Origin: an uncultured Micrococcales bacterium
GTDB lineage: Bacteria > Actinomycetota > Actinomycetes > Actinomycetales > Microbacteriaceae
Assembly: GCA_903935175.1 (NCBI GenBank)
Contig: CAIZQQ010000167.1
Coordinates: 2,811-66,810 of the forward strand
Length of the DNA: 64,000 nucleotides
Reading direction: 5' to 3'
This document shows, piece by piece, positions 30,577 to 40,900 of this stretch (its first letter is position 1; each line of letters opens with the position of its first letter). Below the pieces are notes generated by a model. The model had not been told where the DNA came from. It did no database searches and was given only the letters and a program-made list of their open reading frames with translations. The position numbers and the translations under genes are program-made.

Positions 30577-31647
30577 CTACTCCTGCTCAGGAGCGACCGA
30601 AGGCGTTGGCAAGCCCTTAGAAATAAAGGCCAACGATTCTGCTCTCACCGAGACAGGTAGCGAAGCAACCAAAGTCAGTGACCCTTGAGAGTCTTGACGC
30701 AATAGGTAACGAGCGGTAGCTCTGGCACCGAGGTTATCGGTTCCGAAGAGGCTCAGGTTCACCGGGTAGATGATTTGATAAGGCGCTGGTGCCTCATCGA
30801 AACCCGCCGGTGGAACTAGCTTGGCGGCGAAATCGATCGATACAGTAACTGCGGTCTCGGTCTTTTTGATCTTCCATTGGGAAGATGCCGTTTGAACAGA
30901 CATCATGTCTGGGGTTGCCCCAAATGGGTACTTCTCAGCATCGATGAGCAGGTTGGCAGCCATCGGGGTAACCATGGCCACGTTACTCAGAGCGGTGAAG
31001 ACTGCTCCGGGCATGAAGGCGATTGAACCCTCTGGCAGGTTTTCATAGTCGGCAACTGCTACGGCCTCACGCTCATCTAGGCTGTGCGAGAGTTCTTTGC
31101 CCGAATAGTGCTGGTACCAAACTTCGAGCGCCGCGACAGCATCTTGCTGAGCAATGTTTACAAACGTCAGTGGGCCTTCAATTGGTGCTTGGCCCGCGTT
31201 GTCGGCAAGGATCTGCGGAGCATCCCAGGTTGTAATCGAGCCATCTAGGATGCCCTGAATTGTGGCTGCGCTGAATAGAGCCGATGCTCCTGCACTCGAG
31301 GTGATGACGAATACACCCGACTCAACGGCATAGGGCACCGTGGCGTATGCCGCACCGCCTGGTCCGGAGAATTCGTTGCTGCTGGCCACGAGCTCGGCTG
31401 TCGCCGCGTCAACGATGGTATAGCTCATGCCAGGGCAGTTCATGGCGAGGTTTTCTGCCAAGAAAGGTGCGCCCTCAGAAACCTCTTCGCTGAAGTAGGC
31501 GGGCACATCTCCCTCGACGCAGGTGAACGAAGCTTCTGCGAGCGCAGCCAACGCCTCTGGAGGCATCGGCGGGTCGCAGGCGGTCAACATAGGGCTAACG
31601 AGCAGCAAAGCTGCCGCCAACTTTATGCTCTTGATTTTGGTAGACAT
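30577..31647 (-). CDS. Degenerate PstS-like lipoprotein
   Basis: Lipobox LTAC; PstS-like segment FSAATIQGILDGSITTWDAPQILADN and YQII; phosphate-ligand motifs not recognisable. Confidence 0.7.
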   Translation of the reverse strand: MSTKIKSIKLAAALLLVSPMLTACDPPMPPEALAALAEASFTCVEGDVPAYFSEEVSEGAPFLAENLAMNCPGMSYTIVDAATAELVASSNEFSGPGGAAYATVPYAVESGVFVITSSAGASALFSAATIQGILDGSITTWDAPQILADNAGQAPIEGPLTFVNIAQQDAVAALEVWYQHYSGKELSHSLDEREAVAVADYENLPEGSIAFMPGAVFTALSNVAMVTPMAANLLIDAEKYPFGATPDMMSVQTASSQWKIKKTETAVTVSIDFAAKLVPPAGFDEAPAPYQIIYPVNLSLFGTDNLGARATARYLLRQDSQGSLTLVASLPVSVRAESLAFISKGLPTPSVAPEQE

Positions 31648-31681
31648 TTTGACCTCTTGCTCTTTTGTTTCACCGTATAAA

Positions 31682-31725
31682 TAGTATTTGGGAGTAAAGG
31701 CCTAAGCCCTTACTCCCAAACACTA
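31682..31725 (-). terminator. Long hairpin between pstS and its paralog (terminator or mRNA stabiliser)
   Basis: TTTGGGAGTAA...TTACTCCCAAA stem; mismatches become G-U pairs on the minus strand; UUAG loop. Confidence 0.7.
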
Positions 31726-31739
31726 CTTAGCTTTTTTTG

Positions 31740-32819
31740 TTACTTGACTGCGTTCAGGATTGCGTATGCCTTGGTGCGGATGGTTCCCTGAATCGGGGTG
31801 TAACCCAGACCGTAAGAAACCGAAGGTCCACATACGTTTAGCACGTACTGTAGGAATCTCTTCACGGTCGCGCCCTTCTTACTAACGGTCCTACCTGCGG
31901 TGTTGACTACTGCGTAGGTGATTAGGGTTGCGTTGTAGCCACCGTTTACCGCCTTGGTCCAGTCGATGTCAACGTTTCCGTTGGTCTTCACTGCAGAAGC
32001 AAGCTGTGCGTTCAAGAAAGTGGCCGAGCGCTTTGCGTCTGCTGCGTAGTACTGGTTGTTCTCGTTACGAAGAAGCACGGTCTTTAGGCCGGTTGCGTCT
32101 TTGAGGTCAAGGTAACCGATTGAACCAGCGTTGTTGGTCACCGCGGTCTTGACGTTGGAGCTGCTCGAAGCTGAAGTGCCGGTAGGTGTTGCATCACCGG
32201 TGGCGACTGACCAGTCTGAGCTCTGGGTGAAGTTGCTGGTTGTAGCAGCTAGGTAGCCAGAAAGGTTGAAGCTGGTACCCGAACCTGCGGTGCGGTAGAC
32301 CGGAGTGATGTTCTTGTTTGCCAAGCGGCCCAAGGCGGTCTTGACGGTGTTTACCTGGATCGCAAGAATATCTGCGTGGTTCCACTTGGTGATGTCACCC
32401 TTGAAGATTTTAGCCAGAATCTGCGGGGTCATCTTTAGGTTGGTAACGGTTGATAGGTTGTAGGCAAATGCGATCGGTCCTGAGGTGACTGCAACATACT
32501 TTGCACCGGTTGGAAGGTTGTCTCCGTTTGCGTTTGCGTAGATGAAGTCAGTTCCACCAATTTGGTACTGGCCGTTGGCAAAGTTGTCTTTACCGGTCTG
32601 TGAAGCATTTGCGGTGTAAGTAACTGTGGCAGAGGTTGGGTTGGTTGCAGTGCCGGCTGCGGCAGCAAAGTTTGTTGCACAGGTTCTAATGATTCCACCT
32701 GCGAACGACGATCCACCGCCAACTACGTTGTCTTCGACTGCTGCTGAAGCGGCTGGCGCTCCGACGAATGCTGAGGCTGCTAGTGCGAGTGCGGCTACGA
32801 GGCCTAGGGACTTGCGCAT
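31740..32819 (-). CDS. pstS: Phosphate ABC transporter substrate-binding protein
   Basis: GGGSSF, GGTD, IFKGDITKWN, YRTAGSGTS, GSIGY; AAGGAG RBS; downstream of pstB. Confidence 0.9.
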   Translation of the reverse strand: MRKSLGLVAALALAASAFVGAPAASAAVEDNVVGGGSSFAGGIIRTCATNFAAAAGTATNPTSATVTYTANASQTGKDNFANGQYQIGGTDFIYANANGDNLPTGAKYVAVTSGPIAFAYNLSTVTNLKMTPQILAKIFKGDITKWNHADILAIQVNTVKTALGRLANKNITPVYRTAGSGTSFNLSGYLAATTSNFTQSSDWSVATGDATPTGTSASSSSNVKTAVTNNAGSIGYLDLKDATGLKTVLLRNENNQYYAADAKRSATFLNAQLASAVKTNGNVDIDWTKAVNGGYNATLITYAVVNTAGRTVSKKGATVKRFLQYVLNVCGPSVSYGLGYTPIQGTIRTKAYAILNAVK

Positions 32820-32908
32820 TTTTCTCCTTTAGAAGTTATTTCCATGTTTGGAACAACATCAGATAACCAGCCGGTGTTTACCAACTCGTATCTCTAATCT
32901 GTATTTTT

Positions 32909-32926
32909 GGTGAACGTCTAGTGAAC
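32909..32926 (-). promoter_or_regulatory. PHO box upstream of pstS
   Basis: Minus strand GTTCAC-TAGAC-GTTCACC: 11-nt direct repeat matching the actinobacterial PhoP box. Confidence 0.75.
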
Positions 32927-32954
32927 CCGTTTGGCTTTCGACCGAGGGTTGTCT

Positions 32955-33743
32955 CTAGCCGAAGTGACCGTTCACGTAGTCGTTGGTGCGGGAATCCTTG
33001 GGGCGGTTGAAGACATCTTCGGTCGAACCAAACTCAACCACACGACCCGGGGTGCCCTCCTCGGCCAAGAAGAACGCGGTTTGGTGAGCAACACGCTGCG
33101 CTTGCTGCATGTTGTGAGTAACAATCACGATCGACATCGACTCAGAAAGCTCTTGAATGGTCTCTTCGATGCGACGGGTTGAGCCTGGGTCTAGAGCAGA
33201 GCAAGGTTCATCCATGAGAATCACATCGGGCTCCATGGCGAGCGAGCGAGCAATGCAAAGACGCTGCTGCTGACCGCCCGAAAGCGAGGTGGCCGGGTCT
33301 GAAAGGCGGTCTTTAGCCTCGGTCCACATGGATGCACGGCGAAGCGATGATTCAACGATGTCGTCGGCGTTGTAATTCTTGCGACCAGATAGCTTTAGGC
33401 CTGAGAGAACATTTTCGCGAATCGACATGGTCGGAAATGGGTTTGGCTTCTGAAATACCATGCCGATTTTGAGTCGCACGGTGGTTGGGTCGACGGTCGT
33501 CTCATAGATGTCTTGACCGTTGAACAAAACCTTGCCTGCAAACCCAGCGCCAGGAATCAGCTCGTGCATGCGGTTGAGGGTTCGAATGAAGGTCGACTTG
33601 CCGCAACCCGAAGGGCCGATGAGAGCGGTGACCTGGTTGACCGGAAAGGTGAGAGACACGTCACGAAGAACGTGCCTCTCTCCGAACCATACGTTGACGT
33701 CTTCTGAGATCAAGTGAGCGTTTTGCGTCTCTAGTTGATTCAT
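32955..33743 (-). CDS. pstB: Phosphate ABC transporter ATPase
   Basis: [39 protein letters not shown]. Confidence 0.97.
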   Translation of the reverse strand: MNQLETQNAHLISEDVNVWFGERHVLRDVSLTFPVNQVTALIGPSGCGKSTFIRTLNRMHELIPGAGFAGKVLFNGQDIYETTVDPTTVRLKIGMVFQKPNPFPTMSIRENVLSGLKLSGRKNYNADDIVESSLRRASMWTEAKDRLSDPATSLSGGQQQRLCIARSLAMEPDVILMDEPCSALDPGSTRRIEETIQELSESMSIVIVTHNMQQAQRVAHQTAFFLAEEGTPGRVVEFGSTEDVFNRPKDSRTNDYVNGHFG

Positions 33744-34840
33744 TTTTTGACTACCTTCTTAGAGCTTTTCTTAGCTGTTTTTGATCTGGTTGCTATTCGT
33801 GCAGCGGTGAAGATGATTGCTACAAAGATGAGAATTACGAATGCGGCACCCCAGGCTCGCTGAAGGCTGGTGTCGTTAGCCGAGTCGAGGTTTTGGTAAA
33901 TGTAAGTCGGGAGTGATGCCATAGCCTGCAGAGGATCCAACACTGTGTCATTTGCGTAATTCACGGTTAGTAGTAGCGGTGCCGTTTCACCGATGATGCG
34001 GGCGATGCCCAGCAATACTGCGGTGATGATTCCCGATTTTGCTGCGGGTAGGGTCACGCTTAGGAAGCTACGGTAAGCCGGCGCTCCCAGCGCAAGTGCA
34101 CCGTTGCGAAGTTCGACCGGAACCAGGCGAAGGGCTTCTTCGGCAACACGGGTGACGGTCGGAAGCATGAGTGGGATTAGAGCAACCGAACCCAACCAAC
34201 CTGCGTAGGTGGTGAATCCAGTGGTGATAAGCGCGGCATAAACAAACAAGCCGGCAACCACCGAAGGTAAACCAGACATAGCCTGAACCAAGGTTCGAAC
34301 CGTGCCGCGAGCTTTGCTTCGGGTTTCGGTGAGATAAACCGCAAGAGCGATTCCCAGTGGCACCGTTACGAGGGTGCTTAGCCCCACGATGATGAAGGTT
34401 CCGAGCACGGCGTGACCCACGCCACCGTACTCAAGAGAGGTGGTCGGGGTGATGTACACGTTATTCTGCGAGATGAAGTGGGGTGAAAGTGCTTTGAATC
34501 CTTCGGTAACAACCGAGAACAGCACCGAGATCAACAGAACACCCACCAGAGTGCTAAAGAAGATTGTGAAAATTACGAGCCCTGCATCTGCAACACCCTT
34601 GCGACCGAAGATTTTGAAACCGACAAACGAAGCCGCTGCAAACTGCATCGGCAAGAAAATGGTCAGCATCGCTATGGCGCCGTCGATGTTGAGCGAGAAC
34701 GTCAGGGCAAGCGAAGCCAAAGCCGGAAGCACCGAAGCCAGAATGATGCTTCGCGTGCTCTTTGGATTACGCATCTGCCAGGGGCTCTTGGCTGGTCTCG
34801 GAAGTGCCGGCAGCGCTGGGGTGGTCTGTAGGTTTTCCAC
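33740..34840 (-). CDS. pstA: Phosphate ABC transporter permease
   Basis: [35 protein letters not shown]; GTG start just after the pstC stop. Confidence 0.93.
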   Translation of the reverse strand: MENLQTTPALPALPRPAKSPWQMRNPKSTRSIILASVLPALASLALTFSLNIDGAIAMLTIFLPMQFAAASFVGFKIFGRKGVADAGLVIFTIFFSTLVGVLLISVLFSVVTEGFKALSPHFISQNNVYITPTTSLEYGGVGHAVLGTFIIVGLSTLVTVPLGIALAVYLTETRSKARGTVRTLVQAMSGLPSVVAGLFVYAALITTGFTTYAGWLGSVALIPLMLPTVTRVAEEALRLVPVELRNGALALGAPAYRSFLSVTLPAAKSGIITAVLLGIARIIGETAPLLLTVNYANDTVLDPLQAMASLPTYIYQNLDSANDTSLQRAWGAAFVILIFVAIIFTAARIATRSKTAKKSSKKVVKK

Positions 34841-34841
34841 G

Positions 34842-35825
34842 TTACTGCCTCCAAGGCTGGGCTTTGGCCACAATCCAGGCGGCCAGCCAGTTGATCAAGA
34901 GGGTGATTACGAACAAAACCAGACCAGCCGCGATGAGTGCTTTTACCTCTTCAGGCGAAGCAGCACCGAAGAACGAAACAATCATCGAGGCAATCGAGCC
35001 ACCACGGCTCTCGACCACTTCGACCCAGTTGATCTCGAATGAGAGGTTGAGCACAAAGAAGATTGCAACGGTCTCACCGAGAGCTCGGCCTAGACCAAGC
35101 AAAGCGCCACCGACGACACCGCCAGATGAGGTCGGCAGAATGACTTTCAAGAAAGTGGATGAACGGCTAGCGCCTAGAGCGATCGATGCGTTGATAACGT
35201 CACGGTCTAGTTGGCTAAAAATTTCGCGAGTGACCGAAGTGATGATCGGCACGATCATGACAGCCACGACCCAGCCGGCGATAAACGGGCTGTTTACGAA
35301 GCTGCCGCTTTCGTTGTTAAAAAGTGGAATGAACCCAAGGTTCTCGTTGAGCAGTTTTGCCCAGTGCGAGGCAACCGGAGTGAAAACACCGACGCCCCAT
35401 AGACCAATCACAATCGATGGAATGGCTGCGAGTAGGTCAACGATCAGTGTCGCGATTTTGGCAACTCGCGAGCTGGCGAAAAATTCGATGAAGTAGGCGG
35501 CCGCAATTGCCATGGGCACTGCCAGAATCATGCCGCTTACTGCGATTAGCAGCGAGCCCCAGAGCATCGGCCCAATTTGGAACACGAGGTTTTCTGGATC
35601 TGCGGCACTCCACTGGCTTCCAAAAACGAAGCTTGGGCCTTGTTTGGCCAGGGTGCCCCAAGACATGTATAAGAGGTAGGTCAGAATGAGGCCAACGATG
35701 GCAACGGCACCGATCGCAGCTGAGCGCGCGATACCAAAAAAGACTTTGTCTTGAACTGAGTGCGGCTTAACGGCCAACCGGCGCCGCGATGGCACGGGTT
35801 TTTGTGTTTCGGAAGCGACGCTCAT
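34842..35825 (-). CDS. pstC: Phosphate ABC transporter permease
   Basis: LLAAIPSIVIGLWG, LGLGRALGETVA, GLVLFVITL. Confidence 0.93.
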   Translation of the reverse strand: MSVASETQKPVPSRRRLAVKPHSVQDKVFFGIARSAAIGAVAIVGLILTYLLYMSWGTLAKQGPSFVFGSQWSAADPENLVFQIGPMLWGSLLIAVSGMILAVPMAIAAAYFIEFFASSRVAKIATLIVDLLAAIPSIVIGLWGVGVFTPVASHWAKLLNENLGFIPLFNNESGSFVNSPFIAGWVVAVMIVPIITSVTREIFSQLDRDVINASIALGASRSSTFLKVILPTSSGGVVGGALLGLGRALGETVAIFFVLNLSFEINWVEVVESRGGSIASMIVSFFGAASPEEVKALIAAGLVLFVITLLINWLAAWIVAKAQPWRQ

Positions 35826-35846
35826 TGCTTCAGTCTGGCTAAATAC

Positions 35847-35886
35847 GGTAAATGATGGCTGTGACAAAGGTTAACGGAAGGTGAAT
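35847..35886 (-). promoter_or_regulatory. PHO-box-like repeats upstream of pstC
   Basis: Minus strand ATTCACC (35880-86), GTTAACC (35869-75), ATTTACC (35847-53), all in 11-nt phase. Confidence 0.6.
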
Positions 35887-35965
35887 TACACCGAGCATCC
35901 GTGCTTCAAACTGGGCGTCAGCCTGAATGTTTGGGCAAATCTGCTCGATGGGCGACAATGTAGCC

Positions 35966-37537
35966 ATGCAGAGTGAATACGACGTCGTGATTGTTGGCGG
36001 CGGGCACAACGGCCTGACCGCTGCCGCCTACCTAGCCAAGGCGGGCTTAAGCACACTCGTTCTCGAGCGACTCGACATTTTTGGTGGTGCTGCGGTGTCG
36101 GCTCAGGCCTTCGACGGCGTGGCCGCCAAACTCTCGCGCTACAGCTACCTGGTCAGCCTGTTGCCCCAGCAAATCATCGAAGATCTCGGGCTCGACATCA
36201 CGCTGGCCGAGCGTCGCTACTCCTCTTATACGCCGCTACCCGACTCCAACACAGGGCTACTGGTCGATAACCACGACGCGACCGCTACGGCAAACTCGTT
36301 CGGTTCGATTGGCGCCGCCGCCGACCAAGCGGCTTGGACTAACTTCTATGCCCAAACCACCAAGGCTGCCGAAGTGCTGTTCGACACCGTGACCAAGCCG
36401 TTGGCAAGGCGGGCGGATGTTCGCGCGGCGTTAGGCGCAGCATCCGAGTCTGACGACCTATGGCAAATGTTGTTCGAACGCCCGATTGGCGAAACCATTG
36501 CCGAGCGTTTCGAGAGCGACCTGGTGCGTGGTGTGGTTTTGACCGATGCGCTGATCGGAACCTTCGCCCCGAACCTCGACGATTCGCTCGCTGCCAACAA
36601 GTGCTTTTTGTATCACGTGATTGGTGGAGGCACCGGCGACTGGAACATTCCGGTCGGTGGCATGGGTAGTGTGACCAACTCGATGCGAGAGGCGGCCGAA
36701 CGCTTCGGCGCTCACCTGCAGTCTGGCGCAACGGTTACCAAGGTTGGCACCGATGGCAGAGTCGAGTTCACGCTCGAGGGTGTGGCGCAGAGCGTTGGTG
36801 CAAAGCGCGTGCTCGTGAACGCTGCTCCGGCCGAGTTGGCTAGGCTGACCGGACAAACGGCTGAACCGGTCGAAGGTGCGCAGGCAAAGGTGAATCTATT
36901 GCTCAGTCGACTGCCAAAACTAAAGGACCCCGAGCTAGACCCGAGGGCCGCTTTCGGTGGCACATTTCACATCAACGAAACCTGGCAACAACTGCAGTCG
37001 GCGTTTGACGAGGCCGCCGCGGGTGAGATTCCATCGCCGCTGCCGTGCGAGATTTATTGTCATTCGCTGACCGACCCGTCGATTCTGGGCGACGACCTGC
37101 GGGCCAGTGGTGCTCAGACGCTGACGGTTTTCGCGCTGCACGCTCCGCACCGCCTGACCGATCGCTTCGACAACGACGAACTGCGTTCGCGCCTTGAGCA
37201 GGCCGTGATTGACTCACTCAACTCGGTGCTCGCCGAACCGATCGAACCGCTGATTTTGCGCGACGCCAATGGCGAGTTGTGCATCGAGACCAAGACCACA
37301 AAAGACCTAGAAGATGCCCTTGGTCTGCCAGGCGGAAACATTTTTCACGAACCGCTCAAGTGGCCGTTTGCCGAAGACGACGAGCCGCTCGAAACTGCGG
37401 CGCAGCGTTGGGGTGTGGCAACCGAGCACGACAACATCTTGCTCTGTGGCTCGGGTGCCAGACGCGGCGGCGCTGTCAGTGGAATTGGCGGGCACAATGC
37501 AGCCGCTGCGGTGATCGAAGAACTACTAGGGTGCTAG
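35966..37537 (+). CDS. Phytoene-desaturase-like NAD(P)/FAD oxidoreductase
   Basis: GGGHNGLTAAAYLAK, LER...GGA, GGMG, GGNIFH, GGAVSGIGGHNAA. Confidence 0.88.
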   Translation: MQSEYDVVIVGGGHNGLTAAAYLAKAGLSTLVLERLDIFGGAAVSAQAFDGVAAKLSRYSYLVSLLPQQIIEDLGLDITLAERRYSSYTPLPDSNTGLLVDNHDATATANSFGSIGAAADQAAWTNFYAQTTKAAEVLFDTVTKPLARRADVRAALGAASESDDLWQMLFERPIGETIAERFESDLVRGVVLTDALIGTFAPNLDDSLAANKCFLYHVIGGGTGDWNIPVGGMGSVTNSMREAAERFGAHLQSGATVTKVGTDGRVEFTLEGVAQSVGAKRVLVNAAPAELARLTGQTAEPVEGAQAKVNLLLSRLPKLKDPELDPRAAFGGTFHINETWQQLQSAFDEAAAGEIPSPLPCEIYCHSLTDPSILGDDLRASGAQTLTVFALHAPHRLTDRFDNDELRSRLEQAVIDSLNSVLAEPIEPLILRDANGELCIETKTTKDLEDALGLPGGNIFHEPLKWPFAEDDEPLETAAQRWGVATEHDNILLCGSGARRGGAVSGIGGHNAAAAVIEELLGC

Positions 37538-37555
37538 ACAAGAGTTTCTCGGCAG

Positions 37556-39067
37556 TTAGCGAACAACCTTCGCGGTCGACTTGGCATAAACCCGAGTAAC
37601 GAACGACGCCGTGCCGGTAGCTACGGTGTTACCCACTACATATTTAGAAGCATCCGCGCTGGTTAGTTTGTAGGTGCTCTTGGTTGCACCCGAAATAACT
37701 TTGCAACCGTAGCTAGCCAGGTTCAGAACCGCAGCCTTGGGGCTCGCCTTGGTGCACCGCAGCCAGCGATAGGAAACCTTAGGCACCGGGAACCCAACCG
37801 CAGTCGGCTTCGCGATGGTAAGCGTTTGACCAACCTTTGCCTTGCCGCTCACCGTTGCACCTTTGGTGATCGAAGGAAGCTGAACAACTGTGATGGCCGC
37901 TGTAGCGACCGCTTTGATTTCGACTCCTCGTTTTATCACGGTAACGAGAACCGACAGCTTGGTGCCGAGGTCGGCGTCGACGTGGTTATAGGTTGCGGCC
38001 GTTGCCGCGGCGATTGGCTTGCCGTTGCGCATCCACTGGTATTCAAAGTTTGCCCCCGCGCCCCAGTCGCCCAAGACCACACCGTGACGCTTCGAAGCAA
38101 AGCTGGCTGGTTCGACAGTTGGAACTGGGTAGGCGCGCACCGAGGCAAGGTACCAAGCAGAGCTGTTGCCGGCACGGTCAACTGCGCGAACCGAAATTTT
38201 AGCGCTGGCAGCGCTCGCGTTGAACTCTGGCAGCAGGGTTAGTGAAAACTCGAGCGCTTCTGAATAAGGCCGGCTAACAGTCTTGCCCGCATAACCGTAT
38301 TCCAAACGCACGACACCCGAGTCGGCATCCGCGCCAATCTGATTGGCAATCAAGACTGAACCGATGCGCTCGGTGAGCAACCCCGAAAGGGTTGGTGCGA
38401 CATTGTCAAAAATAATCTCGTCGGTGAACACCGCACTCTTGGTTTGATTGGCCAAAATGTAGCGCGCATAAACCGTGGCCGCCTGGCCCGAAGCGCTGGC
38501 GGTTAGAGTCCAGTCGATGGGGTCACCAAGGTCGGCCTGAACCACTTGCAAGAATGTTGCGCTGTTAGAAAGTTCAACCGCGGTGGCACCCACCGGTGCG
38601 TTGGCCGCGAGAGTTACCGAGGTCGAGTTGGTGTGGGTCTCCCCCTCATTGATCACAAGGCCAACCGGCGGAAGAGTGCGAAACGCGGCCATATCGCTGT
38701 AGCTCGTGCCTAATGTGGTGGCTAGTTTCGCACGCACGAAGTAAAGGGTGTCTTGATTCAAGTTGCCGATTGTCAGAGTGAACTCGTGATCTTGATCATC
38801 GAGAGTTTGACCCCAAGCCACCAGCTGGTTCACCGCTAGCGTCGAGAACGAGTAGTCGGTCGCAAGTTGAATCGACAAATTCGGGCTAAGTCCCTGAGCG
38901 TTGGCAACAACGCTGAACTGAGCCTCGGTGGTGTCGACCGCTAAAACGTCTGGCGAATAAACTGCTGGGGCTGCGAGCGCAGCCACCGCCGAGTTCGAGA
39001 CCCCGAAAAGTGACAGCAGAGCGACCATGCAAGCGGCCAACAGTTTGAAACTAAACCCCAACTTCAT
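37556..39067 (-). CDS. Secreted multi-Ig/FN3-like surface protein
   Basis: Signal peptide; L...TLYFVRA, VRAVDRAGN, YQWMRNGKPI, YRWLRC...ISGATKSTYKLT..D modules. Confidence 0.75.
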   Translation of the reverse strand: MKLGFSFKLLAACMVALLSLFGVSNSAVAALAAPAVYSPDVLAVDTTEAQFSVVANAQGLSPNLSIQLATDYSFSTLAVNQLVAWGQTLDDQDHEFTLTIGNLNQDTLYFVRAKLATTLGTSYSDMAAFRTLPPVGLVINEGETHTNSTSVTLAANAPVGATAVELSNSATFLQVVQADLGDPIDWTLTASASGQAATVYARYILANQTKSAVFTDEIIFDNVAPTLSGLLTERIGSVLIANQIGADADSGVVRLEYGYAGKTVSRPYSEALEFSLTLLPEFNASAASAKISVRAVDRAGNSSAWYLASVRAYPVPTVEPASFASKRHGVVLGDWGAGANFEYQWMRNGKPIAAATAATYNHVDADLGTKLSVLVTVIKRGVEIKAVATAAITVVQLPSITKGATVSGKAKVGQTLTIAKPTAVGFPVPKVSYRWLRCTKASPKAAVLNLASYGCKVISGATKSTYKLTSADASKYVVGNTVATGTASFVTRVYAKSTAKVVR

Positions 39068-39069
39068 TT

Positions 39070-40113
39070 TTACGCCGCCGATTCCTTTTCAACTACCGCT
39101 CGCACACGGGGTGCCACTTCTTCAGCGTATAGACGAATGGTGTTCATCAGCTTCGAGTGCGGCATCGTGCCGTTTGCATATTTCAAATCGAAACGGGATG
39201 CTCCGACCGAAGTCAACGCGTGCGTGATCTTGGCGGCTACCGTTTCGGGTGAGCCGACATACATCGATCCGTAACGTACCTCTGACACGAAGTGGTCTTT
39301 GCTGGTCTCGCCCCAACCGCGTTCGCGACCGATGCGGCCGAACGACTCGAGGTAGCAAGGCCACATTTCTTCGATGGCCTGCTCGTCGGTTTCGGCAATG
39401 TGACCCGGAGAGTGAATCGAGACCGGCAACTCGGGTTTGCCCTGCTCGGCGAGTGACATGAGATAGAGCTTTGAGAACGGGGCAAACCGCGCAGGGTCTC
39501 CGCCGATGATTGCGAGAGCCAACGGAATGCCGAGGCGCGCTGCTCGCATCACCGACTCCGGGCTGCCGCCCACACCAACCCGAATGCCAATCGAACCGCT
39601 TTCGGTTTTTGGATAAACCTCTTGATTAGTCAGCGGTGGTCGAATCGAACCCGACCAGGTGACTGGCTTTTCTTTGAGCAACTCCATAAGCAACTCGAGC
39701 TTTTCTTCGAACAATTGCGCATAGTCGCTGAGTGTGTAGCCAAATAGAGGGAAAGACTCGGTGAATGAACCACGACCCGCGGTGATCTCTGCGCGACCGT
39801 TGCTCAACGCATCGATGGTGGCGAATCTCTGGTAGACGCGAATCGGATCTTCGCTCGATAGCACGGTTACGCCGGTGCCCAGGGTGATGCGTGATGTGCG
39901 GGTGGCGATTCCGGCCAAGATGGTGTCTGGTGCCGAGACCGCGAAGTCATCGCGGTGGTGCTCGCCGACTGTGAACGCGTCGAGGCCGAGCTGCTCGGCA
40001 TAGACCGCTTGCTCAACGATGTCGCGAATGACCTGACCGGCACTCTGCGGCTTGCCCTGGTCATCGACATTCATGTCGCCAAAGGTGTCTAGGCCAAATC
40101 TGATGTTCATCAT
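39070..40113 (-). CDS. LLM-class flavin-dependent oxidoreductase
   Basis: VGEHHR, LSSEDPIRVYQRFATID.LS.GRAEI..GRGSF.ESFPLFG. Confidence 0.92.
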   Translation of the reverse strand: MMNIRFGLDTFGDMNVDDQGKPQSAGQVIRDIVEQAVYAEQLGLDAFTVGEHHRDDFAVSAPDTILAGIATRTSRITLGTGVTVLSSEDPIRVYQRFATIDALSNGRAEITAGRGSFTESFPLFGYTLSDYAQLFEEKLELLMELLKEKPVTWSGSIRPPLTNQEVYPKTESGSIGIRVGVGGSPESVMRAARLGIPLALAIIGGDPARFAPFSKLYLMSLAEQGKPELPVSIHSPGHIAETDEQAIEEMWPCYLESFGRIGRERGWGETSKDHFVSEVRYGSMYVGSPETVAAKITHALTSVGASRFDLKYANGTMPHSKLMNTIRLYAEEVAPRVRAVVEKESAA

Positions 40114-40709
40114 GCTCTCTCTAAATAGCTCAAGACAATTGTGAAGGCTTCGACCTGTGTTTCGAGCGACAAAGTAGGTTTGCCAGAAAACTCGGATGCT
40201 TGCTCAGGCACCAGCGGAACATGAATGAAACCCGACCGAACGTCGGTGCCTTCCAACAACTGCTGCATCACATAGAAGATGTGGTTGCAAACAAATGTTC
40301 CCGCCGAGCTCGAACTCTCGGCAGGTATGCCGGCGGAGGAGAGTTGCGCGAGCAGAGCATCCACTGGAAGCGTGGTCGGTAGCTCAGGTGCGCCGGGGTT
40401 CAAAATCTTCTGCCCGTTGCGGGTAACGCCCACGTTGTCAGCAAGGTTTGCGTCATCTAGGTTCTGAGCGCGAGTTTCGATTGATATGGATGCGCGCCCC
40501 TCGGCCTGCCCGATGCATACGACCGTGTGCGGATCATGCTGTGCAATCAACTGCTCGAGTCGGTTGGCCGCTCGCTCATACTCGACCGGTAGTACCTCTA
40601 AAACTAGCCTTTCGGAAAGTTGAGATTCGGCGAGCGCGGCAACGATCAGTTGCGAGGGGTTCAGAGTGGACCCAGAAAAGGGCTCAAAACCGGTGACGAG
40701 GATGGGCAC
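40110..40709 (-). CDS. pcp: Pyroglutamyl-peptidase I
   Basis: LVTGFEPF, SIETRA (Glu), AGTFVCN (Cys), GFIHVP (His). Confidence 0.93.
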   Translation of the reverse strand: MPILVTGFEPFSGSTLNPSQLIVAALAESQLSERLVLEVLPVEYERAANRLEQLIAQHDPHTVVCIGQAEGRASISIETRAQNLDDANLADNVGVTRNGQKILNPGAPELPTTLPVDALLAQLSSAGIPAESSSSAGTFVCNHIFYVMQQLLEGTDVRSGFIHVPLVPEQASEFSGKPTLSLETQVEAFTIVLSYLERA

Positions 40710-40752
40710 GTTTCAAGACTATTGCCGAAACCGACTGCGTACCCCAAAATCC

Positions 40753-40828
40753 GTTACCTAAACGTTACGCCGCATTTGGAGCAACTCTCAGGGTATTCAC
40801 AGTTGACTATTCCTGTAAGCCGCTTTAC
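40753..40828 (+). promoter_or_regulatory. Candidate rhodopsin promoter elements
   Basis: GTTAC-N6-GTTAC (40753-68), TTGACT (40803-08), CG-centred imperfect palindrome GTAAGCCGCTTTAC (40815-28). Confidence 0.45.
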
Positions 40829-40900
40829 CTCGGTCCTGGCTGACACAGAAGTTTGCGTTGCGCCAGAGCCTTTATTGACTTACATCGAAGTAATTGATCA

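Noticed and set aside
30577-31647. Pseudogene call for the PstS paralog
   Set aside because: Full-length open frame with RBS-like AGAGG and an intact lipobox; divergence looks functional rather than decay.
35966-37537. Carotenoid desaturase crtI supplying the rhodopsin
   Set aside because: Resembles the widespread actinobacterial CrtI-like oxidoreductases of unknown substrate; no crtB/E/Y neighbours.
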